The translations under genes and the position numbers were made by a program. From Candidatus Micrarchaeota archaeon (lineage in GTDB: Archaea; Micrarchaeota; Micrarchaeia; Micrarchaeales; Micrarchaeaceae): DNA of 64,000 bases. The DNA is taken from positions 1,775 through 65,774 of the forward strand of contig JAKAPJ010000003.1 of assembly GCA_021807115.1 (NCBI GenBank), in the 5' to 3' direction. Of this stretch, positions 42,919 to 52,554 are shown in pieces. Under the pieces are notes generated by a model. It did not search any database and was not told the DNA's origin. It saw only the letters and a list, made by a program, of their open reading frames with translations. Every line of letters begins with the position of its first letter. The stretch's first letter is position 1.

Positions 42919-43137
42919 TTCACGTATGTATCCGGTGTTTTTGTATATAAACGCTGTGCTGCAGTTTTATCATCACTTTCCCGTTGGACGGGGGCTGCAT
43001 TCGATCTCGGGACTGGAGTCCGTACCGTGGCGGCCTTGAGATGGATTATCTTACTTGATTAAGGTAAGTTGCCGCGCCGCCCGAGCAGTACGGGAAACCA
43101 TATGCTGCTGGCGGATGCGCCAAAGCGCCTCTCCGCT

Positions 43138-44259
43138 TCAGACCCCAAGCCGGCTCTCCAGCGCCTTTATGGCAGGCAGGCTGCATACTGGGGCGGCGCT
43201 ACTTATCGTGGGGCACACCTGGGCTATGTAGACATCGGCACCTGCGTACTCCGCCCATGCGAACTGGTCGCTGAAGGTGCTGATCTGGCCAAGCACCTGC
43301 CCGTGCGTCATGTTGGACAGCGGCAGCGAGCTTGCCGAGCTGGGGGTGGTGTTGCCGAAAACCACCGCGTCTGCGCCGCCCACCAGGGACGTGCCCCAGA
43401 ACGTGAACGGAGTGCCCTGGAATTTGTTGGTGGCGTTCATGAACGACATCGCGGCGAGGTATGTTGAGTTGGGGGCATTCTTTACGAAATATGCTACACC
43501 GTCCTGCGCGAACTGGAATCCGCCTGTCTTGACCGGGGACTCGTAGTCGCCAGAGAAGAAGTTTATGTACCTGCTGTTGTAGAAGTTTCCGTACGCGACC
43601 CCTGCCGGCGTGGTGTAGTTCGCGGCAGTGAAGTATATCGTTGGTACATGCGCGTCGTTCAGGGAGCTGTATCCGGTGTATAGCCTGCTGAAATTGCCGA
43701 ACGTGCCGAGCGCAAGTGCCATCGACCAGCGGTTTTCGCCGCAGAATATGCATGAGAGCGCGCCGATGTATATCACGCTGGGCTTGCCGTCTACCGTGAG
43801 TGCATTGTACTGGGGGGACGGGGCCGTTACGACTTGGTCGTTCAGTGTGCCGTTTAGCAGCATGGAGCCCGCGGCCTCGTAGTATGTCAGCGGCTCGTTG
43901 TTTATCGCCGCCAGCGCAGTGCCGTTGAACTGCTGGTCTATGCCACTGAAAAGCGGCTGTTCCGCGGCGGGGGCGAGCTTCTGCGTTGCGTTCTGGATAT
44001 GCTGCTGGGCCTGCCCGAGTGATGCCTGTGTTGAAAGGTAGTTCTGGTACGTCAGCGTGACGTATATCAGTGTGACCCCGAGCACGAGCACCGCTATTGA
44101 AAGCACCGCGTTTATGAAAAGCGACTTCTTGAGCAGTGCCGCCGTATCTGCTATGCGCGCGACTGTAACCTGCTTCCTGGCCCTCTGCATTGCGTATCGT
44201 GCCGGCCGGCGCCTGCGGCGCGCGTCCGGGATAATAATATTACTGCGGGTATTTATCAT
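43138..44259 (-). CDS. DUF929-family membrane-anchored thioredoxin-like protein
   Basis: N-terminal TM, then GKPSVIYIGALSCIFCGENRWSMALALGTFGNF. I recall this as the DUF929 core; it needs HMM confirmation. ATG at 44259 preferred. Confidence 0.65.
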   Translation of the reverse strand: MINTRSNIIIPDARRRRRPARYAMQRARKQVTVARIADTAALLKKSLFINAVLSIAVLVLGVTLIYVTLTYQNYLSTQASLGQAQQHIQNATQKLAPAAEQPLFSGIDQQFNGTALAAINNEPLTYYEAAGSMLLNGTLNDQVVTAPSPQYNALTVDGKPSVIYIGALSCIFCGENRWSMALALGTFGNFSRLYTGYSSLNDAHVPTIYFTAANYTTPAGVAYGNFYNSRYINFFSGDYESPVKTGGFQFAQDGVAYFVKNAPNSTYLAAMSFMNATNKFQGTPFTFWGTSLVGGADAVVFGNTTPSSASSLPLSNMTHGQVLGQISTFSDQFAWAEYAGADVYIAQVCPTISSAAPVCSLPAIKALESRLGV

Positions 44260-44424
44260 TATCGGAACCTTTAGGTAGAATGCGGCATGCGGCGGCGCTG
44301 CGGAGGTACCGCGGCGGTCAGGCACAATATTTATTATTATCCAGCCATTAGACAGTGGCATGTTTGTATGAAGGCCACACATGACGCGGCAGGGGAAGGC
44401 AAGACGGCGGAGTCAGGGAGAGCA

Positions 44425-45213
44425 ATGCTGAAAAAGGAGAAGGTCGAACTTGCCGACGCCCACTGCCACATTGACATGGCCAGGGACAGAAAGATGGTGG
44501 GCGATGCAGTCAGGGCGGGCGTGCTCACCATGGTAACCAACGGCGTAAGCTTCTCCACCAACCGCAGGGCGCTGGAGGCTAGTGACTGGAAACATGTCTT
44601 CCCGGCGCTCGGGATGGACCCGGAGAACGCCATATCCGTGGGCGAGGAGGACTTCGATGCACAAGTAAATGCTGTCATAGGGCAGATAAGGGAGAACGGG
44701 AACAGGATTGCCGCCATAGGGGAGATAGGGCTGGACTACAAGAAGGCCTCGACCTTTGACATGGTTGCCAAGCAGAAGACCGTTTTTGGCAAGATGCTTG
44801 ACCTGGCGGCCGAGCTCAAGCTTCCGGTAAGCGTTCACTCGCGCAACGCCATGGACGATGTGCTTGCCATGCTCAAGGAAAGGGGGATGGGCGAGGTGCA
44901 CCTCCACTTCTTTGAGGGCAGCGTGCTGCAGGCGAAGGAGGCGGAACGCGGAGGCTACATGATATCCATACCGCCGCTCGAGTCGAACAAGAGGAGGGGC
45001 GTGATACGCGACATAGCCATAGACAGCATAATGGCTGAGAGCGACGCGCCGGCGGTGGGCGCTTCGCCTGCAGCGGTGGAGTTTGCAGTGAAGATGATAG
45101 CTGATACGAAGGGCATGAAGTTCGAATCGGTGGCTGAGGCGCTGACGGCGAACACCAAGAGGTTCTTCAGGCTGCGGAATGGTCTGGCTCATGCGCACCT
45201 GACGCGCACATAA
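44425..45213 (+). CDS. tatD: TatD-family metal-dependent hydrolase
   Basis: LADAHCHIDM (HxH) and ...IGEIGLDY..., ...VHSRNA... motifs. ATG at 44425 preferred. Confidence 0.85.
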   Translation: MLKKEKVELADAHCHIDMARDRKMVGDAVRAGVLTMVTNGVSFSTNRRALEASDWKHVFPALGMDPENAISVGEEDFDAQVNAVIGQIRENGNRIAAIGEIGLDYKKASTFDMVAKQKTVFGKMLDLAAELKLPVSVHSRNAMDDVLAMLKERGMGEVHLHFFEGSVLQAKEAERGGYMISIPPLESNKRRGVIRDIAIDSIMAESDAPAVGASPAAVEFAVKMIADTKGMKFESVAEALTANTKRFFRLRNGLAHAHLTRT

Positions 45214-45249
45214 CATAATAAGCTTGCCCTGGCAATTATACTCGTTCAT

Positions 45250-45324
45250 GGGCTCGTAGCTCAGCTTGGATAGAGCGACAGCCTTCTAAGCTGAAGGTCG
45301 CGGGTTCAAATCCCGCCGAGCCCA
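45250..45324 (+). tRNA. tRNA-Arg(TCT): tRNA-Arg, anticodon TCT
   Basis: Hand-folded cloverleaf. Acceptor GGGCTCG/CGAGCCC, D stem GCTC/GAGC, anticodon loop cTTCTaa, T arm GCGGG-TTCAAAT-CCCGC, discriminator A. 75 nt, no intron. Confidence 0.88.
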
Positions 45325-45392
45325 TTTTATTGCGGCTTTGTCTCTGGAGGCGGGCGGGGAATGGATATAAGCTGCATCCCATAATTGATACT

Positions 45393-46178
45393 ATGATGAA
45401 ATCCAGGGAAATTGAGAGGGCCAGGTTATGGTCAATATCCGATGGGCAGGCGGGCGCAAGGGCTGACATGGAGGCGTCTTTTGTGGCCATGCTCATCAGG
45501 CTGTGGGGGAGGCGGCTGGGGGAGCGCTTCGGGACCATGCTCAATGTGCCATGCGGGCTGGGGAGGCACGACCGCACACTTAGGGAGGAGGGATTTACGG
45601 TCTTCGGGGCGGACATAGACAGGGGGTTCATAGGTGTTGCCAGGGAGCGCAACCCCTCATTCTGGGACAGCTATGTTGTAGCCGACATGCGAAAGCTCCC
45701 ATACAGGAAAGGGCGCTTTGATGCCGTTGTGAACCTGTTTACCGCCTTCGGCTATTTCGACGACAAGGGGAATGCCAGGGCGCTGCGGGAGTTGGCCAGG
45801 GTTGTCAGGCCCGGCGGGCTTGTGGTCATAGAGACGCACAATGCCGCCTCCGCAAAAGACGGGATGATGCCGCTTTTCATGGAGGGCCTGGGAAACGGCG
45901 CGTTCAGGATGGTTGAGAACATTGTGGAGGGAAACACGTGGGTCCTGAAGTCCACGCTGCTCAAGGACGGCGGGAAAATGATGCTCAAGGGCAAAACGCA
46001 GGTAACGAGGGTGAGGCTGTATTCCAAGAAGGAACTGGAGGGCCTTTGTGAGGGTGTCGGTCTCGAGGTGCTTGCTGCTTATGGGGGATACACGATAAGC
46101 CCGCTCAGGGACAGGGATACCCTGATGCTCCTGGTTGCGAGGAAACTTGGCCCGCGGCCAGGCCGCGGGCGGGCTTAA
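45393..46178 (+). CDS. Class I SAM-dependent methyltransferase
   Basis: MLNVPCGLGRHDRTLREEGFTVFGADID (motif I), then ...FDAVVNLFTAFGYF.... Start uncertain. Confidence 0.8.
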   Translation: MMKSREIERARLWSISDGQAGARADMEASFVAMLIRLWGRRLGERFGTMLNVPCGLGRHDRTLREEGFTVFGADIDRGFIGVARERNPSFWDSYVVADMRKLPYRKGRFDAVVNLFTAFGYFDDKGNARALRELARVVRPGGLVVIETHNAASAKDGMMPLFMEGLGNGAFRMVENIVEGNTWVLKSTLLKDGGKMMLKGKTQVTRVRLYSKKELEGLCEGVGLEVLAAYGGYTISPLRDRDTLMLLVARKLGPRPGRGRA

Positions 46179-46240
46179 CCGTGCGTATTGCGAGGGTATT
46201 GGGGGGGGCGCAGCGGCGGAGAATGATGCGGGACCTTGTG

Positions 46241-47146
46241 CTAGGAACTTGCTACGACAGCTATGCCTATGAGGTTCATTATGAGGCCGCCTATCAGCGG
46301 GGCATACGCGAGTGACAAGAAGAATGCCGTGAATAATGTTATCCACACGAGCTCGAAGTTTGTCAGTATGTTTATTATGCCCATGTACTTGGCTCTCGCC
46401 GCCCTGATCACGAAAAAGGCATAGTCCTCCGCCATCCATGCAGCTACCGCTATAGCGCCTATGAGCACCGCTATCAGCGCCTCCTCTGCAGTCACCGAAC
46501 GGTAGGCGGCATAACCGTTAGTGAGCGCCCCATACGCAAGTACTGCAACTACGCTGAATGCGCTGACCACTGGCGTAGACGTCACCGGCTGCACGCCCCT
46601 GTCCAGTATGACTAACGAAAGATAGTATCCCATAGTCCAGATGGCCATCACTCCGAAGGCCAGCGCCACCACTAGGTACGATGAGGATATGTCAGTGCCG
46701 TAGAGCGCGAATATCTGCAGCAGGAAACCGAGGAATGCTATAATGGTCCCTATGATGTACCGCCTGCTGATTGGTTCTTTCTTTACCCAGTTTATTATGA
46801 AAGCAAACGGGATGAGTGCGCTCATTTGCACGGACGCGACAAATGGATAATTGCGGCCTCCCAACAGGCCGTAGAACACCGCGGTGCCTATGCCGAAGAG
46901 CAGCCCTGTTGTCACCGCGTATCCAACCCACCCAATATCGGCCTTGGCCAGCCTCTTCTTTGTTATCGCAGGGTAGGCAAACAGCGCCATTGCTGCCAGC
47001 ACCAGTGTGCTTGTCTCTGCTATTGTCATGTAGCTGACATAGTTGCCCTTCCCGAGCGAGTCCACTATGTCTATGAGCATGGACCAGATAGCCCACAGAA
47101 ATGAAGAAACAAGCGCAAGGGCCGATGCGTTTCCAAGCTTTCCCAT
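46241..47146 (-). CDS. EamA/DMT-family transporter
   Basis: 301 aa, about 10 TM, internally duplicated architecture. Confidence 0.7.
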   Translation of the reverse strand: MGKLGNASALALVSSFLWAIWSMLIDIVDSLGKGNYVSYMTIAETSTLVLAAMALFAYPAITKKRLAKADIGWVGYAVTTGLLFGIGTAVFYGLLGGRNYPFVASVQMSALIPFAFIINWVKKEPISRRYIIGTIIAFLGFLLQIFALYGTDISSSYLVVALAFGVMAIWTMGYYLSLVILDRGVQPVTSTPVVSAFSVVAVLAYGALTNGYAAYRSVTAEEALIAVLIGAIAVAAWMAEDYAFFVIRAARAKYMGIINILTNFELVWITLFTAFFLSLAYAPLIGGLIMNLIGIAVVASS

Positions 47147-47167
47147 GGTATATGGATATGCCGCTAA

Positions 47168-47177
47168 CTTTTATAAG
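47168..47177 (-). promoter_or_regulatory. TATA box of the DMT transporter gene (leaderless spacing)
   Basis: The minus strand reads cttataaaag, ending about 21 nt upstream of the ATG at 47146. Confidence 0.4.
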
Positions 47178-47256
47178 CCGAATCGCGAAAAGTATACGGG
47201 ATATGGGGAATTTCTGTTACCGCATTTGGGGATATGGTTAGATTTGGAATGTCTGC

Positions 47257-47712
47257 ATGTCAGTAATCAAGCCGCCCGGAAGCCTGAAGCACCTGGCTAA
47301 ATCTAGGAAGAAGGTGTTCCTGTCCGGGAGCATAGATAACGGCTCTGCCACGGACTGGCAGGCGGTAGTGGCAGGCAAGCTGGACAGGGAGGACATAATA
47401 ATCTTCAACCCGCGCAGGGACGGCTGGAATGGGGAGATCGAGCAGTCGGCCACTACCCGGGAATTTGTGGAGCAGGTGGAATGGGAGCTGAATGCTATGA
47501 ACATCGCGGATATTATACTCATGCATTTCGAGCCAGGCACCAAATCTCCCATAACCCTGCTTGAACTAGGGCTGTATGCAGGGCTGAACCCGGAAAAGCT
47601 TGTTGTGCACTGCCCAGAAGGGTTCTGGAAGAAGGGAAATGTTGATGTGGTGTGCAGGTTCTACGGAATCAAGACAGTAGTGGACATCGATGAGATGGTA
47701 GGAAGTGTATGA
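47257..47712 (+). CDS. Nucleoside 2-deoxyribosyltransferase-like protein
   Basis: KVFLSGSI...DWQ...IIFNPRR..W...QVEWELNAMNIADIILMHF...SPITLLELGLYAG matches my recollection of the Nuc_deoxyri_tr2-like family. Confidence 0.6.
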   Translation: MSVIKPPGSLKHLAKSRKKVFLSGSIDNGSATDWQAVVAGKLDREDIIIFNPRRDGWNGEIEQSATTREFVEQVEWELNAMNIADIILMHFEPGTKSPITLLELGLYAGLNPEKLVVHCPEGFWKKGNVDVVCRFYGIKTVVDIDEMVGSV

Positions 47713-47767
47713 ACCGCACGCCATGGTGGTCAAGGAAGGCTTGTGCACCCCTGGGCCCAGGGAGGCG

Positions 47768-48769
47768 CTATCTGTAGGCTATGGAGATGTTTGCTGACCT
47801 GCCCACTGGGTAGTACGAGTATGTCGCCTGGTACACGTATATCTCTGCGTTGTGGCCGTTGCTGAAGTTCAGCCAGTATGGCGCTGCGCTCTGGAGCAGT
47901 GACTCGTTCGTGAATGTGAGGTTGCCGTTTAGGTAGATGTCCACTATTGCGTTGGATATCTCGTACTTCTGGTTGCCCTGACCCACGTCAACGAGGGTCA
48001 GCTTCACGGGCGGGCATGATAGCGATTCGTTAACCCTTAGGAAGTCGTGCGTCTGGCACATCACCGCGCCGGTCTGCGGCACAGTGGTTGTGCTGGTTGA
48101 TGTGGTGGTGGACGATGTGGACATGGACGTAGAGGTTGTGGTCCTGGTGGTTGTCGATGTGGTTGTCTTTGGAGGTACGGGAATTGCGGCGTACCATGTC
48201 CCGGCTACACCCTGGCCCTTGACCTGCCCTGGCGCCTTGTCGCCCACGTATAGGTAGAGGGGTGCGCCGTCGTACGTAGTCTGCATTGTGCCGTCAGTCC
48301 TTTTTATGGAGCCGAATGAGGACTTGCTAAGGCCGCTTGGCACGCTGATATTCGCCGAATAGAAAGGCGGCCAGTATGTGGCGCATGAGCCGTAGCATGC
48401 GCTTTTGCCGCTGGAGCGCACGTCGCCGGTGTATGTATACAACGACCATCCCGTGGCATTGGTCAGGTATTTGCCGACTGTGGCGTTGGTAGCAAGATTC
48501 ACGGTATATACGGGCGGCTTGATTGCATTGCCTGTGCTAGAAGTGGTTGACAGAATGTTAGACAGTCCCGAGGCCGCGCCGGGGCGCGCATATATTAATT
48601 CGTATTCTGTCGCCACAATTATGGCAAGGATTACAACAAGGGCGATCCACTTTATGGGCAGCCCCTTCTTTGCCGATTCCTTGGACGGGCTCGGTGGCGG
48701 CGTGGTCTTGTCTGCGGGTGCCGCTTCGGCCTTTCGGCTCGAATCCGGATTCGCGCCTTTTTTAGCCAT
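47768..48769 (-). CDS. Membrane-anchored secreted protein with COG4315-type repeats, a Thr-rich linker and an unknown C-terminal domain
   Basis: N-terminal TM, then [10 protein letters not shown]...[12 protein letters not shown]...[15 protein letters not shown] (Y.(F/Y)..D repeat), then [28 protein letters not shown]. Confidence 0.7.
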   Translation of the reverse strand: MAKKGANPDSSRKAEAAPADKTTPPPSPSKESAKKGLPIKWIALVVILAIIVATEYELIYARPGAASGLSNILSTTSSTGNAIKPPVYTVNLATNATVGKYLTNATGWSLYTYTGDVRSSGKSACYGSCATYWPPFYSANISVPSGLSKSSFGSIKRTDGTMQTTYDGAPLYLYVGDKAPGQVKGQGVAGTWYAAIPVPPKTTTSTTTRTTTSTSMSTSSTTTSTSTTTVPQTGAVMCQTHDFLRVNESLSCPPVKLTLVDVGQGNQKYEISNAIVDIYLNGNLTFTNESLLQSAAPYWLNFSNGHNAEIYVYQATYSYYPVGRSANISIAYR

Positions 48770-48808
48770 GCCTATTACCAGTTATTTGAGATTTATAAAC
48801 CTTTCACA

Positions 48809-49255
48809 TCACATCTGGGTAGCCTTGCCGTCCGGCTGCGCCTCGCCCAGCTTCTGCTTGCCGCCCCTCTTCTCCTGCTTGTCCGTCCTGGCCGCCGTGA
48901 ACTCTATGCTCAGGTCCTCCTCCGCCGGGGAGTCCATCCATGCCTTTATGTAAGTGGCTATGTTCCTCAGCGGCTTGGTGTACCTGTCAGTGAGTGAATA
49001 TGCGCTGTCCTCGTGCTTGAGCAGTCCTATCTGCACCGCGTAGTCCAGGTACCGCTTCGCGGTCGCTATTGGTATAAGCGCCGGCACGTCCTTGAGACGC
49101 AGGGAGCCGCGCTTCTTCACTTCGAGCAGCAGCACGGAGAACCTGTACGCCTCGGTCTCGTTGTCGAAGAACACCGTGGCGACGTCCTTTACGTTGACCT
49201 TCTTGAGCTTCTCCTTGAGCGGCGCGTCCTCGAACTCCCAATATTTTATGCCCAT
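48809..49255 (-). CDS. Hypothetical protein (148 aa), possibly a winged-helix protein
   Basis: Clean ORF. IATAKRYLDYAVQIGLLKHEDSAYSLT resembles a wHTH recognition helix and wing. Confidence 0.5.
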   Translation of the reverse strand: MGIKYWEFEDAPLKEKLKKVNVKDVATVFFDNETEAYRFSVLLLEVKKRGSLRLKDVPALIPIATAKRYLDYAVQIGLLKHEDSAYSLTDRYTKPLRNIATYIKAWMDSPAEEDLSIEFTAARTDKQEKRGGKQKLGEAQPDGKATQM

Positions 49256-49292
49256 CAGACCACTGGCCTACCTTCCATACTTGTCATGATGG

Positions 49293-50399
49293 TTATTTAT
49301 TTTTTATGAATGTTATGACATCGCCGTTGGAAAGTGCGTGGGCGGCGCCGACCCTCTGGTTGGGGAACTTTGCGCTTGGGCCGGTTATGTACGCGCACTT
49401 CAGCTCGTCCACTATCTCGGTGTGAAACTTCTTTGCCGCGTCCCCTACGGTGGCGGGCCTGCGCAGGACCATGGGCATCAGGCGCTCTTCGCCCATGCGC
49501 GGCTTGAGGTAAACGGTGATTATGCCCATGTTCTGGTATATGGCGCGCTTCAGCGCATCTATGTTCATGTTCTCTGTCGCGCTGACCGGTATGACCTCCA
49601 TTCCGTACTTCTTGGAGAGCGCAGCGGCCACGTTCGCGTAGTCGTGCGCAGTGTCCACCTTGTTGAGCGCCATTATCGCCCTCATGTAATACGCCCTGCC
49701 AGATATTATGGCGATTAGCTCGTCCTCACCGACCCTGTCCCTTATCGACACTGTGGCGTTGTGTATGCCGAACCCCGACAGGATCTCCTGGACGTCTGCA
49801 TTGGGGAGGCCGGACTCGTTTATCTCTAGGTGCAGGCCTCCGCTGTTCTGTGCGTTTATCTGTATCTGGGGCTTCTTCCTGTTTACGTATATGTTGAGCG
49901 ACGCCAGCTCCGAGCTGAGCTTGTCGTAGTGCCCCAGGTTGTTTATGTCTATGACAAACACCAACAGGTCCGCGACCTTCATCGCCGCTATTACGCTGCG
50001 GCCGCCGCCGGCGCCCAGATGGGCGTCCTCTATGAGCCCGGGCGTGTCGAATATCTGTATGTGCGAGTCATTGAACACAAGCGTGCCGGGTATTATCGAG
50101 GTGGTCGTGAAGTCGTACGATGCAGTCTTTGACCTGGTGTTAGCCAGTGCGTTTATTAGGGACGACTTGCCCGTGCTCGGGAACCCTATAAGCGCAGCAG
50201 TCGCGTCCCCCGTCTTCTTCACGAAGTACCCGTCCTGGTGCACCCTCTTGCTTGCTACTATTATCTCCTTCCTGACCCTTGCGATCTTGGCCTTGATCAG
50301 CCGCAGGTGCTTGTTGGTTTTCTTGTTGTCCTTCGTCTTGGAGTACTCCTCCTGCAGCGAAGTAAGCCGCTCCTCCAGCATCTCCTTCTTTTCCGCCAT
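49293..50399 (-). CDS. DRG/OBG-family GTPase with a C-terminal TGS domain
   Basis: LIGFPSTGKSSLINALAN (G1), DTPGLI (G3), and a TGS-like C-terminus ...GDVITFI. Confidence 0.88.
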   Translation of the reverse strand: MAEKKEMLEERLTSLQEEYSKTKDNKKTNKHLRLIKAKIARVRKEIIVASKRVHQDGYFVKKTGDATAALIGFPSTGKSSLINALANTRSKTASYDFTTTSIIPGTLVFNDSHIQIFDTPGLIEDAHLGAGGGRSVIAAMKVADLLVFVIDINNLGHYDKLSSELASLNIYVNRKKPQIQINAQNSGGLHLEINESGLPNADVQEILSGFGIHNATVSIRDRVGEDELIAIISGRAYYMRAIMALNKVDTAHDYANVAAALSKKYGMEVIPVSATENMNIDALKRAIYQNMGIITVYLKPRMGEERLMPMVLRRPATVGDAAKKFHTEIVDELKCAYITGPSAKFPNQRVGAAHALSNGDVITFIKNK

Positions 50400-50412
50400 C
50401 CACTCAACTACG

Positions 50413-51129
50413 CTAAAACGCCTTCAGCATCTCCGAAAGGTCCGTAATCTCCATCTTGGCCACCTCAGCAGGCGCCTTGGGCTTTATCACCGCATCCTCG
50501 GTTATCGCATGGGAGATCCTGACTGTTCCCATCCCAAGCGCATTTGCGGGCAGTATGTCGTTGTCTATGCGGTCGCCCACCATCCATGCGTCGGACGGCT
50601 GCGCCTTCGCGGCGTCGAGCGCATAGTGGAATATCCCAAGGTCCGGCTTGGACAGCCCTATTTCATCGGAAAGTGCCATCACGCGGAAGTACCTGTCTAG
50701 GCCGAAGTGCTTGACCACCCGTTCCCTCGCCCATATCTTCTGATTGGCTATCACCCCCAATTGATACCTTGATTGCAGATGTTCCAGCACCCTGTGCGTC
50801 TCGGGGAACAGCTCGAAGTACCGATTTGGGTTGCGGGACTCGTCCATCTCGGTATCCTCCAGGAACCTGCTCACGTACTCCTCCCAGATGCCGCCGGCGC
50901 CCTTGCCTAGGATTTTCTGTGCTATCTGCGTTATTTTGGCCCTGTCACCGTACCTTAGATCCTTGAGCACCGAACGGTATGCAACGTTGAACTCCGCGGC
51001 CGTGAGGCCTGGCCTACGCTCCTTGAGCAGCGCGAAGGTCTGGTCGTTCCTTATACGTACCCTCTTGTGCTCGGATATGAGCGTCTCGCCTATGTCGAAA
51101 AAGAGCCATTTCTGCTGCATGTTTGTCAC
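50413..51129 (-). CDS. HAD-superfamily hydrolase
   Basis: LFFDIGETLI (DxxxT motif I variant) and ...MVGDRIDNDI (motif IV). Confidence 0.75.
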   Translation of the reverse strand: MTNMQQKWLFFDIGETLISEHKRVRIRNDQTFALLKERRPGLTAAEFNVAYRSVLKDLRYGDRAKITQIAQKILGKGAGGIWEEYVSRFLEDTEMDESRNPNRYFELFPETHRVLEHLQSRYQLGVIANQKIWARERVVKHFGLDRYFRVMALSDEIGLSKPDLGIFHYALDAAKAQPSDAWMVGDRIDNDILPANALGMGTVRISHAITEDAVIKPKAPAEVAKMEITDLSEMLKAF

Positions 51130-51131
51130 GG

Positions 51132-52430
51132 CTACATGAACTTGCCGAACTTCTTCTTGAAGTTCCTGTCGTTCTTCAGATTGTCGAATACCTTTTTCAT
51201 CTTGTTGAAGTCCGATATCATGGTGCGCACCTCCCCTTCGCTCGTGCCGCTCCCTGAGGCTATCCTCCTGACCCTGGCAGGGTCGTGGAGCAGCTTGGCG
51301 TTCTTGCGCTCCTTGGCGGTCATCGATCCGATTATCACCTTGTAGCGGTTCAGCTTTTCCTCGCCCTGCTCCACCACTTCCTTGGGCACGTCAGGCGCGC
51401 CCATCATCCCGAATACGCTCTTCAGCGGGCCCATCTTGCCCATGGCCTTGAGCTGGGTGTAGAACGTGTCGAAGTTAAGCTCTTCCATGGCCACGTCCTC
51501 GGGGTTTATGTTGGCCTCCTTTATCGCGTTCTGGACATTCTCCACCAGCGCGGCGATGTCGGGTATGCCAAGCAGCCTGCCTATGAACTTGTCAGAGTCA
51601 TACGGCTCGATGTTGCTCAGCTTCTCCCCTGTGGTTATGAACATGACGGACGCGTTGACTGCGTGCGTTGCACTCAGGGCGCCGCCACCCTTGCCCGAGC
51701 CGTCCATCTTGGTGACTATCACACCGGATATCTTGACAGCATCGTCGAACTCCTTGGCCTGCCTGCCTGAGACCTGCCCTATGTCAGCGCTAACCACGAG
51801 TATCTTCTCATCGGGCTGGAATGCCGCAAACACCCTCTTCAGCTCGCCTATCAGCGCGTCGTCTAGCGCGTTCCTGCCGCTGGTGTCACATATGACGACC
51901 TGCCTGTCGCCCAGCTTTGCCAGCCCCTCCTTCACCACCTTGACCGGGTCCTGTTCGCCCTTTATGCCGAAAAACGCCACGTTTGCCTGCTTGGCCAGCG
52001 TCTCAAGCTGCTCGTACGCCGCTGGCCTTGATACGTCGCAGCATATCAGCGCCGCACTCATGCCCCTGTCCTGGTAGAACTTGGCTAGCTTTGCCGCGGT
52101 GGTGGTCTTGCCCGCACCATAGAGGCCTAGCAGCAGTATGCGCTGGCGCCGCATCTTGGGATTGTACGACCCCCCGCCCATGAGCTTGACGAGCTCGTCG
52201 TATACTATGTTGGTTATGTAGTCCGTAGGGGCCACGCCCTGCGGCGGCTTGCTCTTCAGCGCCTTGTCCTCTATGTTCTTTGTGAACTGCAGCACAAGCT
52301 GCACGTCTACGTCTGAGCTTATGAGGGTCTTCTGCAGCTCCTTGTCGAACTCCTTTATGGTCTTGGCGTCTATTATGGTGGAGCGTGTCAGCTTTGCTAT
52401 GGCGTGCCTTAAGCCTTCACCTAGGTCCAT
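51132..52430 (-). CDS. srp54: Signal recognition particle protein SRP54
   Basis: LLLGLYGAGKTTTAAKLA, DTSGR, and a Met-rich M domain (...FGMMGAP...). Confidence 0.95.
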   Translation of the reverse strand: MDLGEGLRHAIAKLTRSTIIDAKTIKEFDKELQKTLISSDVDVQLVLQFTKNIEDKALKSKPPQGVAPTDYITNIVYDELVKLMGGGSYNPKMRRQRILLLGLYGAGKTTTAAKLAKFYQDRGMSAALICCDVSRPAAYEQLETLAKQANVAFFGIKGEQDPVKVVKEGLAKLGDRQVVICDTSGRNALDDALIGELKRVFAAFQPDEKILVVSADIGQVSGRQAKEFDDAVKISGVIVTKMDGSGKGGGALSATHAVNASVMFITTGEKLSNIEPYDSDKFIGRLLGIPDIAALVENVQNAIKEANINPEDVAMEELNFDTFYTQLKAMGKMGPLKSVFGMMGAPDVPKEVVEQGEEKLNRYKVIIGSMTAKERKNAKLLHDPARVRRIASGSGTSEGEVRTMISDFNKMKKVFDNLKNDRNFKKKFGKFM

Positions 52431-52433
52431 GGA

Positions 52434-52468
52434 AATCTACTGATGTGCTGATGGATAAGCAGTAGATT
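52434..52468. promoter_or_regulatory. 9-bp inverted repeat (AATCTACTG-N17-CAGTAGATT) abutting the srp54 start codon
   Basis: Arms at 52434-42 and 52460-68. It lies between a TATA-like element (52478-97 region) and the srp54 ATG at 52430. Confidence 0.4.
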
Positions 52469-52554
52469 CTGATGGGTTTTATAACTATTTATTCTTAATG
52501 TTTAATGCGTGCCGCCGCCGAATTTGGCGCACGGGTGCTTTATTGAAGCTGGTA

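Noticed and set aside
42971-42977. A C-box-like GTGATGA on the minus strand in the 220-nt spacer, suggesting a C/D box sRNA.
   Set aside because: No CTGA D box lies at the expected 50-70 nt distance, and there are no terminal pairing stems.
45236-45652. A 138-aa minus-strand ORF.
   Set aside because: It overlaps the hand-folded tRNA-Arg(TCT) and the methyltransferase gene on the opposite strand, and its composition is not protein-like.
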